Source: the human T2T-CHM13v2.0 reference genome, Homo sapiens | Length of the DNA stretch: 64,000 nt | Reading direction: 5' to 3' (one strand) | NCBI RefSeq assembly: GCF_009914755.1 | Contig: NC_060927.1 | Part shown: positions 14,182-29,110 of the stretch, piece by piece | How positions within the stretch are numbered: position 1 is the first letter of the stretch | How the letters are laid out: every line of letters starts with the position of its first letter | Position numbers and translations under genes: made by a program | The notes under the pieces: generated by a model | Databases searched by the model: none | The model's input: only the letters and a program-made list of their open reading frames with translations | Told to the model about the DNA's origin: nothing

Positions 14182-15459
14182 AAACAAACCAGGTATCATA
14201 CTTCTAAAAAGATAAATGCATCTTCACTCACATCTCAACCTGCACTGTATTTGAAATCATAAAGCTTTTTGATTTCTAAGATGATACAAAGTGATATAGG
14301 GATTTTTGAGTGAATGTAGGGCAAAACTATTTGAGGTATTTATTCTTTTTGAGTTCAATAAATAGTTTTCCATTTGAAATATTCATGTTTTGCCCTTCCA
14401 TATGTGTTCATTTTCCTACCTGAACAATAATTGTTTGCTGAGGATATAAATGCCTGTGCAATGTTATAGGGAGACAGTAGGTTCAATCTGATTGCACTGA
14501 ATAAAGTGCAGTGATTTGCACTCACTCTTTCATAAGATATTAATTTTGGAGATTATTGGAGTAAACCCTATACATTATATAGATTTGTCACTTTTATCTA
14601 TTTAAAAATGTCTGTTTTTATTACCTTCTGACGATTGTCTCACTGTGCTAAATATTAAACTACCTCTTTTTTATTTAGTCATTCTTTTAAGGAACTATGA
14701 GTTTCATGTGCCAACTTTTTAATTTAATTGATTAAAAGCAAAACTAATTTTCTTAATCACAGTTTCCTTGGCATTGCACAGCTCAACTTGCAGTTAGAGA
14801 AAAGAATACAAAACAAATAAGCAATCTGTACTTAAAAAAAGTTTTGGACAGTAAAAACAAATGTAAAATTGTACTCAAGTAAGCAATGCTAATTAAGTGG
14901 TAGAGTTGTATTTTAAATGATTAAATCAATGAAAGAAAATATCTTATGCCTTTTCTTTGAAAATTAAGCACTTTTTTGTGTTCTTATTTTTGGTTAGGAT
15001 AATTTGGTGAGGATAACTCAAAGAATAGTTCTGGATTATTCCTATTATAAGACCAAAGAAAATAGCAAGATCAGTATTTGCAGAGCTTGGTGGTATATGT
15101 GGAGCAAACAAAAAGGGTCAGAAAACTTTATTGCTTTTGAGTGTGTGTGTATGTGTGTGTATTTTTCAGTGTGATGAGGAAAACACCTACTAATTATGCT
15201 AACTTTGCAGCAGTTAAACATAACATATGATGCTACTTTCTTAGTTATGCGATAAGGTATGTGTTTGCTGCTGTGGTTGTGTGATATAATGTTTGCTTTT
15301 CTTGATGTTGTTACATATCTTACAACTAATGACCTGTTTTTTAAAATGTACACATATGACACTAATGCTGAAACACTAATGTTATGCTTTATTAGGATTT
15401 AATGTATGGCAAATAATGTTCAATTTTTAGCCTCCACTTATTATGCAGATTTAAAAAAA

Positions 15460-15800
15460 ACTCGTACTATTTGCTCAGCCCCAGAAATGCACAGAAACAA
15501 ATAGGGGAAGGCTTTTGACCTCAGTGAATTCCCAGGTTATTGGCAAAGTCAAAGGGGCTACAGAAGTCAGTATCATAGTGCACTGAGGGAAGCTATAGCC
15601 ACTATGAGGCCATGTAAAAAGAAATGTCTAATTCAGGGGGTGAAGCAGTTGGGAGAGGGGCATTTCAGACAAAGGCCCCTGGAGGAGATGGATTCTGAGC
15701 TGAGTGTCTAGGGAAAGCAGGATTTAGTTAGGTGAAGAAGGTATAGGGAAGACCTTTCAGTCAGGGAAAACACAGTCTACAAAGCAGGGATGCAAGAGAG
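15460..15800 (-). mobile_element. L2 fragment
   Basis: ctggaggagatggattctgagctgagtgtctagggaaagcaggatttagttagg. Confidence 0.6.
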
Positions 15801-16489
15801 AACATTTGAAACACTTGTCGTTGTTAAATGCAATGACATTTCAGATATGCCATTTTCACTCAGAGGAAAATAAGCAAAATTGAGATGCCAAGTTTGGAAA
15901 ATTGATATCCCATTTCACATCTGAATTATTGAGAAATCCTTAAACACAAAATATTCGTTCCTCTGCTGTTTTTGAAAACTGAATGTTTGAACATTACCTC
16001 TTCTGCTGAAAGTAAACACTTTATAGTGACCCAAAGTTTTCCTTGATTTTCCTAAATATACTCTATTAGAAAGAAAATATAGATTTTCATTGCATCAGGA
16101 AATTCATATGATCGATTTGTTGCATTTTTTGGAATGAGCAATACACAATGAAAGAAGATTTTGCTTTTGTCTGGAGCCACCTTCCTGGGCCTGCTAGCAA
16201 ACTTGAGACCCTCACGCTTTCACACCTGAGGCACAGCTGCAACCACATCAAGGTCATCAGTACAGGATGTTGATGCACACACTCACACACGCACAAATAA
16301 TAAACTTACATGCATTTTCCTTGGGGCAAAAGCAAATGGTATGGTTGAGTTTTCTTTTCTTCGTCTTCAGCAAAGTGGCATGGTGGACATTATGTTTTAT
16401 TTTAAAACTTTTAAATGACATTTATGTATTTTCATACATAAGTGGAATTCAATTCTGTTGGGCCCGGATAACTGGGTGTGACCTTGGAC

Positions 16490-16648
16490 TGTCTAGGTCA
16501 GAATAACCTAGAACATTTTGAGAAGGTACAAATTCCCTGGTTCTGCTCAAGATCTATTGAATCAGAATCTCTGGCTATAAGTACATATGTTTTATTTTTA
16601 GCAAGTCCCCAGGTGATTTCTTGTCACTCTAGTTAGAGAACCACTGGT
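16490..16648. mobile_element. MER5-type hAT MITE
   Basis: ctattgaatcagaatctctg...ttttagcaagtccccaggtgattt...agttagagaaccactg. Confidence 0.75.
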
Positions 16649-17954
16649 ATACATTTTGCAACTGCTTTGGCCCTGGGTTAAGTATTTAGGGCCCCAAATA
16701 AGTGAAAACCAATAGCATATGTTTGACACGATCCATCAAACTTAAAAATATTTATATATACATTTCAGAATTATAGTCTTGTAGCCTTTTTTATAATTTC
16801 AAAACTCCTTCTAGCCACTATGGAAAACACCACAAACATAACTTTTTTGTGCATCTAATACTTTCAGAAGTCCAAAGCTCAATTGTATGAAGCATGGACT
16901 GCCTAGCATTTATTTCTTCCTGACACATTTGATTTTGTCTTACAGAAAATTTTTTCTTTACTAATTTATACCTCTCAAGGTTACATTTGCCTACAGACTC
17001 TTCTTTCAGTATTTTCGTATTTATGATGGGCACTGAAACCTATTTAAATTATTTCTGACATACATTTTCCTTCAAATGCCATAAACATTTTCTTGTCTCA
17101 CTAAAATGTCTAGTGTTAGTTTTCTGTATTTCTGGTTTTAAAATATGTCCACAATTACTATTCCTCAATACAATTTTTGCATAGGAGATCTTTATCTTTT
17201 CAGATAGTATCATAATCCCCTATGCTATTCTGTAAAAATACCTTCTGAGTCCTCTTGGATGTATAACTGGAGCAAGTGAAGGGCAGGAATGATTTTAATG
17301 TTTTTTCTTACCTTCTGTTTCTCCATGCCAGGTGAAGAATGAGTGAGCTGTGTGTCCCTTATAATGTAAGGACATTTTCCAGCATCACTCATGCTAGAAA
17401 AGCAAACTAATACGGGATCCTCAAAATAAAACTGTGAACACATAGAATGCCAGAGCAAAATCTCATCCTTAGCATCTCATTTCTGAACAGTTGTGTTACT
17501 CTGTCAGAGTTCAATTGGGGAACAAAACTATTATGATATACAGAATCCATAATAGAAAGACCTTATACAAATGTGAGGGTAAAGTTGAAGAAATGTCCAA
17601 AAGGAGGAGGTAAAGATTCAAATAAAAGGACCATTCAGTGGTCCTTTTGACACACTGGTATGAGAGAACCAGTAGCTTACAGGAAAATCTGGGAAGCAAA
17701 GCATGTCCAGATGCTGAAGTTGTACTGTGAAGGGGTGAGAGTAGAGAAGTATATGGAAAGCTGTTGCCTCTGTGTCAGGTGGTGTGTCTGGGGTAGCATT
17801 TGATCAGCAGTGCCACAGATGAGAAGCAGAACTGGACATGGAAGAGAAGTGAAGTAAGGACAAGCTGGAATCTATAGGCATCTCTGCATCTATCTTTCAC
17901 TGCATCTAGCCATGACAAACTTCAGAGTATAATGACTACAGCTTTATCTCCAAC

Positions 17955-18280
<326 letters not shown>

Positions 18281-18739
18281 TGATCAACTGTAATCTGGAA
18301 CTGTAAGTGAAAGGAAACTTTGGGAAAATTCTTCCAGCATAGCCAATTTGATAAATTATCAATAGGAAACCTTTAGAGTCTTTATGAGTTTAATGCATAT
18401 ACTTCTATATTTTTCTAGAGCAGCATGTTTTATTTCTTTTTCAGTTATAGCCAAGATTTTGTTTTAAACTGCTTTAAAACAGGCAGAAAACTATAGCCTC
18501 CCCCTCCTTCTTTTATACACTTCCTACATTATTGATATCCTATTTGATAAATGTATTTTTTCCTTATTGACAAATATGCTATTGAGAAGTTGTATGAAAT
18601 CTCTGAAGACATTAGGACCTGTGTCTTCATGACTTGAGCCATAAGTCATTCAGCTCTCTGGATCTGATCCACCACATTACATAGCACATATAAGTCTTTT
18701 GATAGCCGCATACTTTGAGCCCAAGCTAAGGAATCATTT

Positions 18740-19230
18740 GTCCTTGCTGTATAGCAAACCACCCTAAAACTTAGAGGCTTAAAACAACAACAACTCCTTA
18801 TTTATCCTGATTCTGTGGGTTGGCTGAGTGCTTCCTCTGCTGGTTTCATCCAGGTTCACTCATGAGGGTGAGTTGGCTGGAGGATAGGCTAATCTGCAAA
18901 GTCCAAGATGGCCTCATTCATATGTCTGGCAGTTGGTGCTTGCTGTTCACAGGGGCATCTTGTTTTGCTTTTGTGTGCTCTCTCATCTTCTAGGAGGCTA
19001 GACTGGCTTCCTTTTATACTGGTCTCAGGACAGCACCCCAATACAACAAACTGGAAGCTTGGAGACCTTTTAAGGCCTAGCTTCAGGTGTCACACAATGT
19101 TACTTCTGCACATTCTTTTTGTCAAAGTTCTTCACAAGGCAAGGCCAAATTTGAGGAGAGGGGGAAATACATTTCACATCTTATGAGAGGAGATGCCAAA
19201 TGCTGTGGCCATGTCTTTCAATGTACAGTT
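18740..19230 (-). mobile_element. MLT1 (MaLR) solo LTR
   Basis: gcaaaccaccctaaaacttagaggcttaaaacaacaa; gtccaagatggcctcattcatatgtctggcagttggtgct. Confidence 0.8.
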
Positions 19231-19346
19231 GCATCTTAAACGAGAAATTATCTTTTAGTTAGGTTTCTTTAGTAAGAAATTCCACCTTCTGCCTCCCTCA
19301 TCTTCCCTCCCAAAATACACAGACACTACTAGTAATTTTGTATATG

Positions 19347-19563
19347 AGTGGTTCTCAGTTGAGTGCAGTTTTGTCCCTGTCTTCCTCAAGGGACATTTGG
19401 CAATGACTGGAGGCATTTTTGATTCTCAGCGAGACTTGGGAGTTACTACTGGCGTCTAGTGGCTAGAGACCAGGAATAGTGCTACACATCCTACAATTTA
19501 TAGAACAGCTCCCTGTTACAATCAGTTATCTGGTCCAAATTGTGCTGAGGTTGAGTAACCCTG
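19347..19563 (+). mobile_element. MER20 (hAT-Charlie)
   Basis: agtggttctc...gggacatttggcaatgactggaggcatttt...tgctgaggttgagtaaccctg. Confidence 0.88.
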
Positions 19564-21711
19564 CCTTATATGGAATATAATGCTAGCAAGTTGCCTGAGT
19601 AAAACTTTGGTCAAGAGTAATACCTAAAGGTATTCTTTTTACACAGTCTGAAATGATTTAAAATTTTGAAGGAATCATAAATTTCTTTTTGGGTGGAAAG
19701 GGGCTAGTTATGGAAGCTGCCTTTCTGTCATTCATTATTTATGAGCAAACCATTTTAGATAGAATATGACCACTCAAACCCTTCTTTAAGATTCAAACTG
19801 AACACAGTACTTAGACTTTCGAGACTCTGCGTGTTTAATTTTCACCTCTCATTCTGGCTTTTACCTTTGTGTGTGCACACATGCACATTGTTTTAGCTAC
19901 TTTTGTCAGAAATCTTTTAAGGACTTTTCCACATTGTTTTAAAGGTTGAAAAGTATGTATTAATTGGTCAAAGCCATTGTCTCTCATTAAATCAGGAATA
20001 ACAATTTACATAGAACCCTGTGATTTTTGTACTTGTATCTTTAGATATGGGCTGATAAAAGTTAAACATTCTCTACCATATTGTTGTTATGAGAGGCTGA
20101 AATTTTCAAGATTTCCCCTCCAGAATAAAACATGGTGCAATTTAAAACAAAATGGGACAAATTGGTGATAACGCAAAACAAGAATTGTGTACAATAAATT
20201 AGATTTCCTTGGGGCAGAGAAAAATAAAAATGCTGAAAGGGGATACTGGGTACAGTTTTTTCATTGTTTTTAAAATAAGAATTTTAAAAATAGAAATGGG
20301 CAGAAACTAGTTATGCATTGTAGCCCTTTTCCATATTCCAATTACAATTCTTGGGTTACTCCTGGCTTGCATGGTCACCAAGTTTGGTTATTCATGTTTC
20401 TCACCCTAACACACCCCATCTGCTCCCTCCTGAAGGTGTGTGATCACAGGTATCATACCTTATCAAGCAATATGTAGTGACATCCCCTCTCAACTGACAG
20501 AGGCTGTTTGTTGTTGTGCCCGTTCCAAAGCAGTGTTGACTGATAATGGTAGAGTGGTACATAATTTGAATTCCTCAGTAGAAGTTTATTACATTAGCTC
20601 AGGCCTGAGGATTCTTGCACAATTTTGAGAGAAAGAGAGCACAAGAAAGAAAGACAGAGAAAGATAATTCTTGAAAATTCAAGAATTCATTGAGATCAAT
20701 AAAACAGTTATTCTAATCTGTGGATGAGACCAAACCCATAGCTGTAATTAAGATCACTTTGGTTGTCTCAACAACAGATTAATTCCTCTTTTCAGTTAAA
20801 AGGTTGATGTCATGAAAGCAATATTTTACTGGAGAGAAATTGCTAAAATCTGTTTGCTTAACAAAGCAATTATTGATAACCTGCAATTGCTTATTGCTTC
20901 CCCTGTCATCGACTTGTTGGCAAAAACAGTCTCACGTCTCGATAGTGATGCCTACTTTTACTTCAGGGAAGACTGATAAATAATATAGTTTTCACAGAAA
21001 CATGTAAGACAACAATAATCCTTAAACTATGAGGCATCATATCCACAAAAATTGAGGAAGCGTTGCTGAAGTACTAAACATATTGTTTGAGTTCTCTGCT
21101 TCAGGAGTATTGACCTTTGACTTTCAATTGATATCTCTCTTCAGAATAATAGTGATGAATAATGGAAATAAACGTCTTTAACTTGTGGTGTCAGCAACAA
21201 GATCTTTTCCTTAGGGAACTTAACATATGGGTATCTTCCAGGGAGCGGATAAATGAACTGATTTTGAAGTGCTCTCCTAATGCAAACATTTTCTTTGTAA
21301 CTGCCTCAGAAAAATGCAGGCATCCAAGGTAGGCCTTCATCAGCCTTGAAGTAGTTGTTTTGTTTGCTTTTTTATTTTTTGTTTTTTATCAAGACTCTTC
21401 CTTCTCTCACTCAGAAATAAATAGCAACAGCTTCTTGTGACATTGGCCTATATCTTGAGTTCTTAAAAGTGTAAAACACTGGTTTTGAAGTATTACTGCA
21501 CCCAATTCCCAAGGTATAACTACACTCACTTAAATGGCTCACAAGGATAGCTGTACCATTCTTACCACTTTAGGGTATCACTTCCTTTAGATGGTAGCAA
21601 TAAGAATAGTGCAAGATTAAGACTCTTTTCTAGTAGCCATGGTAAGAGTACCACCTGACATTTGTAGAGATTGTTATACATTTTCAAAGTATACTTAAAT
21701 GCATTAGAGAA

Positions 21712-21925
21712 AGAGGCAGTGTAGTGTAAAGGTCAAAAACTTAGACTTTGGAGTTAAGGCAACACTTTTTTAGCAATGTAAAGGCTTAGTTTCTTTATCT
21801 GTAAAAATATAGATAATAGTACCTAAGTTGTAGCATTATTATAAAGATTAGATGTATGCGAATAGCTTAGTCTTATAACTGTGCCCTAGTTAGCACAGCA
21901 TAAACGGTAGCTATCATTGTTACTA
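21712..21925 (+). mobile_element. MIR SINE
   Basis: agtttctttatctgtaaaaatatagataatagtacct core. Confidence 0.75.
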
Positions 21926-24900
21926 CCCTAATAATGCAGGTATCCTTTTCACTTGTTTTATATATTTAGATCTTAAGATAGTTATTATAAATTTATTGCT
22001 ACAGTACAGAATTTTTTTTTAAAAATCTACATCGGAACTGAGATCCCTGGAAAATTTGCACCACATTCCAGCAAAGAGGCACAAGAGAACAAGATAGGCA
22101 GTTGAATTCTCCGTGACCAAATAAACCACATTCTCATACAAAGCGCCTCCAAGATCACAGATTCCAGCTGACATCTTCTAAATAGTATCTTCAAATACTG
22201 TAAACATGGCTAAAAACATCTTCTAGGTTATCAATTTTAAACCAGAGACTAAAATTTGGATAGTGCTGACGGAGCACCAAATAGTGCTGAAACAGATTGC
22301 ATCAGCCTCCTATTTTTGCACTCCATGCCATTAGGAACACCTTCTTTTACGATCTTTTTCTGAGGTGCTAATTCACTAAACAAACAGTACATGTTACCCC
22401 AGGCACCAAATCCTTCAGGATGCTCCCAAGTTGCCCATTTTCCTTGGAATGGTTTGGGGGCCACAGAAAGCTCAAGAACTGTTTCAGAGCCTGCTGCCTG
22501 GGGTGCCAAAGAATTATGCACGAATAAAACCCTGCGGGGAAAATGTAAGATGCTAACTTAGAATGGATAGAAAGAAAAAAGAATGGATAGAAAGAAAAAA
22601 GCTTTAAACCATCAGCAAAATTCAAATTAGAAAGGGATAGGTAGTCACAAAAATGATCTGAATTGTGATGTAAAACAAAATACAAAAATAACATGCTGAA
22701 GTCTGATGTTCTGGTGTAGCAAACCCATTCACTAATTCTGAAATGGAATACTATTCTTATATGATGCACATTATAGTCCCAAATGCCAAAATTAGAACTT
22801 AGACATATATAATTTTGGGGAGACCTTTAAATATGAGACCCTCTTTGAGCATTTAAAAAATATTAAACATCTGAAAAATGATGTACATACATCTTTTTTA
22901 GGATGTATATATATTCTATATCAGATTTTTTATTGGAAAATCTAAGCCATCATTACCCTGAGAGAGGGCAGTCAAGGAGAGCAGAAGAGCCCCAAGCATG
23001 TATTCTCAGAGTCCGTTTACTATAAATTGGAAAAGACAAAGAAAATGATAACTGTAATCAATTTGCCTTTACCTTGATGTCATTCTAGAATTTTGAACCA
23101 TTTAATTTTGTTTTCTCCCAATCCTGGCCACAGCACTTTTTTCTCCTTTTAGCTATTCATTGAGAAAACATGAGAAATAAGGGAGGCTTCAAGAATGGTT
23201 TGAGGTAGTATGTCCATCCCCCAGGTTGAAGAGTACTCTGCCATTTGGTTTTGGTGGCTTCTCCTTGCCTTATGTTTATCTAGGTCTCTGGCTTCAGATC
23301 TGGCATACACACAACATCTGTGTGTATGTTGTATGTGTATTTTAGATGGTTGTCTTCAATTAGAGAATAATACTTCTGAGGTGGCATCTCAGGCATAGTC
23401 ATTTTTTAAAGGAGTTCTTACTTTCTGGGTATGTTTTGCTTAGAGATAAATATGTTTATCCTCCGTTTTAACACCAAAGAGATGGCTGTAAAAACAGTTG
23501 GATCCAAATGTTAAAAGTAAAATGGGAAATTCTCTTTGAGCAGAGTGTGCAAGGAAAGCAATATTTTTGTACAGTTTGCTATTGTTTTATGAATCTTTAG
23601 TATAATAACACCCTGATGTTTTACTCAGCTCATTTATGTGTCTGCATATTCACTCCGAAATCCAAAATGTCATTTCAAACATTCCCAGACATGTTAATTC
23701 CTTTAAGTTGGTGTCAACTATTTCATATTTCCCAACTTTATCAAGGTATAATGGAATGAATTACAATTTCTAGTTCTTAGAAACAGCTAGAAAATTTGTT
23801 CAGCTTGGTGTTTAAAAAAAGCAAATGGCCAGTCCTTAGTTTCTGCTTCCTCAACAGTTTATGACTTTGCAGGAGTTATTTCAATGACTTCTCTTGGTAA
23901 CTGCCAAGCCATCTCCTGCATTTGATTTAGTTTCTAGGAGACATTTTCTAGAAAAAGAAGAGAATGCTTGCAACAAAGATGGCAAATAGAATTACTGAAT
24001 GTAACCCTTTCCCTGTAGGAATCTTGATGGGAGTAAGCAAATGTTTGATTGGTTTCACCAACCTGGGTCAAGTTGCTATGTGGGTGACTCTCACCTGGAG
24101 ATCTGGTGTGAGAGACTGAATACTGAAGTCTTGAGAGCATGGTGGGAATGAAGGGCTGAGACAAGGGCACCAAACTCAGAAGAACTTAAAGCAATGTCAG
24201 GAGCTGAGATGTGGAACCTGGAAGCTAAGGAGAGCATGACAGTTTGGGCTGAAGTCCAGGTGGTCAGACAGAAATTCAGTGTGCATGTAGTTATGGGCAT
24301 TCTAAGGTTAGGTTGGATTCATTTATAGGACTTTTGGGTGAGCCTAAGACACAAGATTCACATTGGCTAAACCCACTTACTATATCTTAGGATAACAAAT
24401 TTTATCCTTTACATAAAGATAGTATCTTTAATTTGTTTCAAAACTATGTCTTGAGCTTCATAATGCATTGAAGAAGGGGATGAGATTAAGTTTAGAATAT
24501 GCTCTATTTCCTGTTGCAGGATTTAAATTATGAATGAATGAGTGTGTGAATTAGATCTATTTATAAGTTAACTGTCTCCATCTCCTTTGTTTATAAAATA
24601 GCTTTATGTGTTGATTTCATGACAGAAAAACTCAGCCTTGAAGGTTTTCCCAACAAAACTATAACTTTCACTTAAGTTTTTCATTTTCTGACTCCCATAC
24701 ACCCCCAACCCACCCTCACAAACACACACACACACACACACAAGCACACATATTTTACAGTTAAGTATAAGATATCCCTCTGGAATTTCATTTTTTAGGG
24801 TTCTCTAAATTTTTTCAAGCTTCTCTCTTTTTTTAAACTTCTGTTTTTGGTTCTATTCCCAGAACCCATATACACCTCACCCAGAGTTTACCTCGAATCC

Positions 24901-26115
24901 ACTAATTTACTGCCCTAGTCATGAAATGTAACTTATTCAATAGGTGAGGTTTTTTTTCCTCCTGAGAATCCCAAAAAGAAAAATCATGAAAATTGCATTT
25001 ATTGGTCAGAATTTCCACGTTTCAAAGTTCTGATATTTTAGTATCTGATCAGGAGAGAAAAAAGTCTTTCACATGGAAATTAAATGATTTATACAAATTA
25101 GTTTGAAATTTGAGATAGAAATAAGATCATTGAAATATATTCAGAGATTTAGCCTGAAAATAACTGAGTCTTGAGGTCATCATCTGAAACAATGTGCCTT
25201 ATTATTTTGAAATAATTATAAAGATGGTTCGAGTAAGCCTATAGTTCTAGAAAATTCCTTATAGAGTTACTATAAATACTGAACAGTAGTCTTTGAATCA
25301 TGGGGATGAATGGGTTTCATATAAGTCATTCACAAATGGCTCAGTGGACAAATTTTATCTCAGAAAGAGAATGCCCCATAGGAGTTAAAATTATCATGGC
25401 TGAGAATTCCTAGATGATGTCACCAGAATCTGAAAACACTACTGTGGATGCAATAATGATGCTATCTGCATTTTCTGGGTCTAACTTCTGACAAGGAATC
25501 TGAGTTTTCTGGCAAGCAGAATGCACATCAGAGTACACAAGGGGCATGTCTTGGCAACTTCCACCTGAGCACACATGCACGGCTTCCTGTTTTGGTCTGA
25601 TAGCTTCCCCTGGGCTTTTGTTAATGCAAAATTACCCACACAGAGATGGGTTGCCCATGCAAAAGAGTAGGTGTCTTATTTTGGGAAAGTTTGCTTCACA
25701 TTATCTTTGTTGTTTTATTCTACTAACCCTATTTCCTCTTTTATTTTACACTAGCGTTTTAAATTCACTTCATTTGTCTGTGAGAAATACTTCCCCCCGC
25801 CCCCTCACTTCTTAGGCTTATTTCTCTTGTTATCTGTTTTCTTTTTCTTCTCTAGGCACTGCCTTATTACTGCTTCATTTGTTTGCAATATTAATGTCTG
25901 CTAAAATGTCTTAAGATATACAATGTTAATTCATTTGCTCAATGATTTAAAAATATTTGTGAGTCTCTCACTCCTCCACATGTACATATACCTTGGAGGT
26001 AGGACAAAGGTGCCTTAAATATTCATTGTACTTTCAGGTTTATACAGTTTGGGTTGGGAGTTATACTTTCACAAACTGTGGTACAAAAATAAAAAGTGAT
26101 GGCTTCTATAAAAGG

Positions 26116-26479
26116 TAATGATGAAATGCTATGAGGCATTTTCTCATGTGCTTTTTGGTCATTTTGTGTGTGCGTATATATATATTCCTTTGTGAAGTGC
26201 CTGTTCAAATCTCTTGCCCATAATTTTCCACTGGATTAAAAAAATTGCATTATAGAAATTGTTACATAGTCTAGGTACAAGTCCTTTGCATGTATATATT
26301 ATATGTACATACATGTGGCTTTTAAACCTATTTTCTTACGATTTTAATTTCTGTGAAGTCTACTATATCTTTATGCTTTTCCTTTAATAGTGAGTGCTTT
26401 CTGTGTCTTGTAAAAGGAATTTTTTGTTATTCTTAAGTCACTAAGATATATGCCTGTGTTTTCTTTGATGTCTAGGTCT
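26116..26479 (-). mobile_element. Old L1M, inverted 5' segment
   Basis: Antisense L1 ORF2 3' region (tttgtgaagtgcctgttcaaatctcttgcccat; on the minus strand it translates as MNRHFTKE...). Confidence 0.75.
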
Positions 26480-26489
26480 ACATAATAAA

Positions 26490-27575
26490 TCATTAGAGAA
26501 ATGTGAATTAAAACCAATGAGTTATTACTACAGAGTCACTAGAATGGCTACAACTAAAAGACTGACAATACTAAGTGTTGTTGAGGATGTGAAACAAGTG
26601 GAATCACCATACACTGATAATGAGAGTATAAAATGACAAAACGACCTAGGAATTAGTCTGGCAATTTCTCATGTAAACATACACCTGTCCTACGACTCAC
26701 CATTTATGCTTTTAGGTTTTACTAAAAAGAAGTGAAGACATGTGTCAACAAAAAGATTTGTACAAGAATGTTTAAAGCATCCTTATTCATAATAGCCAGT
26801 CACTCCAATGTCCATCAATAAAACAGTAGATAAACAAACTTTGGTTTATTCATATAATAGAATATTACTTGGCAATAAATATATACAAATTACTGATATA
26901 CATAAATAATATAAATTATTCTCAAAATGCTGAGCTAAAGAAGTTTTCCACAAAAGAGTATATGCTATATGATTTCATTTATATGAAGGGCCAGAATAGG
27001 TAAAACTCACCTGTGATGAAATAAAGCAGTGGTTCTGTGGTCTGAATGTTTGTGTCTCTCTCAAATTCATATGTTGAATCTACTTACCAGTGTGATGACA
27101 TTAGGAGGTGGGGACTTTGGGAGGTGATTAGGTCAGCAGGACAGAGCCCTCATAATTGGGATTTACTGCCCTTAATCCCAATTAAAAGTTTCCAGAAATC
27201 TCTCTTGCTCCTTCCACCAAGTGAAAAAAACAGCAAGAAGGCACTATCTATAAATCAGAAAACAGGCCCTCACCAGACATTGAATGTGCTAGTGCCTTGA
27301 TCTTGGACTTTCCACCCTCCAAAGCTGTGAGAAATAAATGTTGTTTATAAGTCATTCAATTTGTAATATTTTGTTAGGGCAGTGTTATGCTGACTGTAAC
27401 AAGCGGGGATTGACTGGAACAAACAAGGAGGAAATGTGCTTGAGCAATGGAAATGTTATATATATAGATAGGAGTGTGAGTTATACAACAGTTTATCTTC
27501 ATCAACACTGGGGGAATGCACATTTAAGATTTGAGCATTTCATTGTATGCAAATAATACCTCCTTAAAACAATGA
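26490..27575 (+). mobile_element. Old L1M (L1MB/ME) 3' segment, interrupted by MLT1A
   Basis: tcattagagaaatgtgaattaaaacc...ttattcataatagcc...cattgtatgcaaataatacctc. Confidence 0.8.
27033..27401 (+). mobile_element. MLT1A0-like solo LTR
   Basis: ggtctgaatgtttgtgtc...aaattcatatgttgaa...ccttgatcttggactttccaccctccaaagctgtgagaaataaa. Confidence 0.88.
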
Positions 27576-28109
27576 AAAAGTTCTAGAGGGCAGATTTTGC
27601 AATTAATTGATTAGAAATATGGCATATTGGTTTACATATTGGGTTATACTCAGAGTCTCAAACCATAGTTCTGAAACTTATTAGCTGGCAAAGTCTGGTA
27701 AGTAACATAACCTCCCTGAACTTGTTTTCCCTTTGCACAGCTAGAATAATACCTTCTTTAAGAGATGTTATAGGAATGTATGTAAAAGGCTTATCACAAG
27801 GGCTGACATAAGAAATTACTTTATTGACTAATTCTCCTCCTTTTTGTCCTTCTTCTTGTTTATTACTTAGTAAAGTGTCAAATATGGCTGTCAGGTTTTG
27901 GTTGCTGCTGTTTGTGAAGATGATAAATTGTTAACAGAAATACAGAGCACACTAGTAAGATCATACCTGGGAGAGAATAATGAGTCATCTAATGAATTTG
28001 AGACAAATAGGGATGTCCTGAATGTAGTGTCAATAATGGGTCTTGAATTTGGGAGAGAAATCAGAAAAGGAGCTTTGGATCTGAGGTGTGCTGAACAGAT
28101 ACACCAGAT

Positions 28110-28270
28110 CTCTGGGGATGGGAAGGGTCTGGAAAGGTGTGACTTGTAGTATTTGCTGGTTTCCATGCTGTAAATACTGTGTCATGACCAATTTAAAGTT
28201 ACCAAACCAGATTGCAAAATTCCTGAATGTTTATCAGTCAGCTCTTTTCAGCTGGTGACTGCCACCTCCA
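28110..28270 (-). mobile_element. MER63-like hAT element
   Basis: gtagtatttgctggtttccatgctgtaaatact...gcaaaattcctgaat resembles the reverse complement of MER63. Confidence 0.55.
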
Positions 28271-29110
28271 GCAAACTGCTAGATCTGAGTCATCTGCTGA
28301 GACAGAGAATGAGAAAGATACAATTATTTTCTCACCTTACACCAGGTCTTCTTGCTTGCAGGATACATTGAGTTTAATTAAATTATTTTGCTATGAATCC
28401 CCATTTCTGAATGTCTCTCTACAGCTCACGCTATTTTCAGTTATGTATGAAAAACACTTTATCTTCTTGTGCCCACTACCTTCAAAGAGGGCCTCCTTTT
28501 TATAATACAGAGGCCACCCAGGGGCCACTAGGCCTCAGTCTGGGAGAGATTCAAGCACAGCCTCACACTGTGAAAAAGAGCAACTCTTCCCTTCTTTTCC
28601 TCAGTGCTAGGCTTCTGCCTCACTTAAGAAAATATTTCATTCTCTCCTTGCTGGGAAAGACAGGGACACTTTCAAATCTAGTTCATTATCTCCTACCTCC
28701 CATTCCTCCCCCTGTCCAGTTCATAAGTCTGTCTGCATGAACCGCAAGTGTAGACAGAGTTGTTTTCATGAGCTGGAGGAATACTGACAAACCATGGAAT
28801 GGGGTTTAAAACTTTATGTAATGTCATAGAGCTGTCTATAGCAATAAGAGTACTTTTGTTAAGAGTACAAGAAGACTCTTCTTAACTTACAGGCAAACTA
28901 AACACTCTGTTAAAATTACATTTCCAGAAGTTCTTTGTCCTAAAAATAACAGGAATGTAAAGAATTTTTTGCCCAGGGATGTTTCTTTTCAATATTACTT
29001 TTTATAGCAAAATAAAATGAAAAACAAACAATCAACAGAACTATACGCCCATGTTTCCATGGTAAAATGTGACATACTCATTAAAAATAACATTATGTAG
29101 TCCTTAAGAT

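Noticed and set aside
17300-17371. Possible small exon (polypyrimidine tract plus cag at 17331, gtaagg at 17366)
   Set aside because: Only a motif match; such sites are frequent by chance and there is no other support.
24365-24400. ttactatatc motif resembling the HBS1L-MYB erythroid enhancer variant site
   Set aside because: It lacks the adjacent CAGATG E-box I recall for that site; a coincidental short match.
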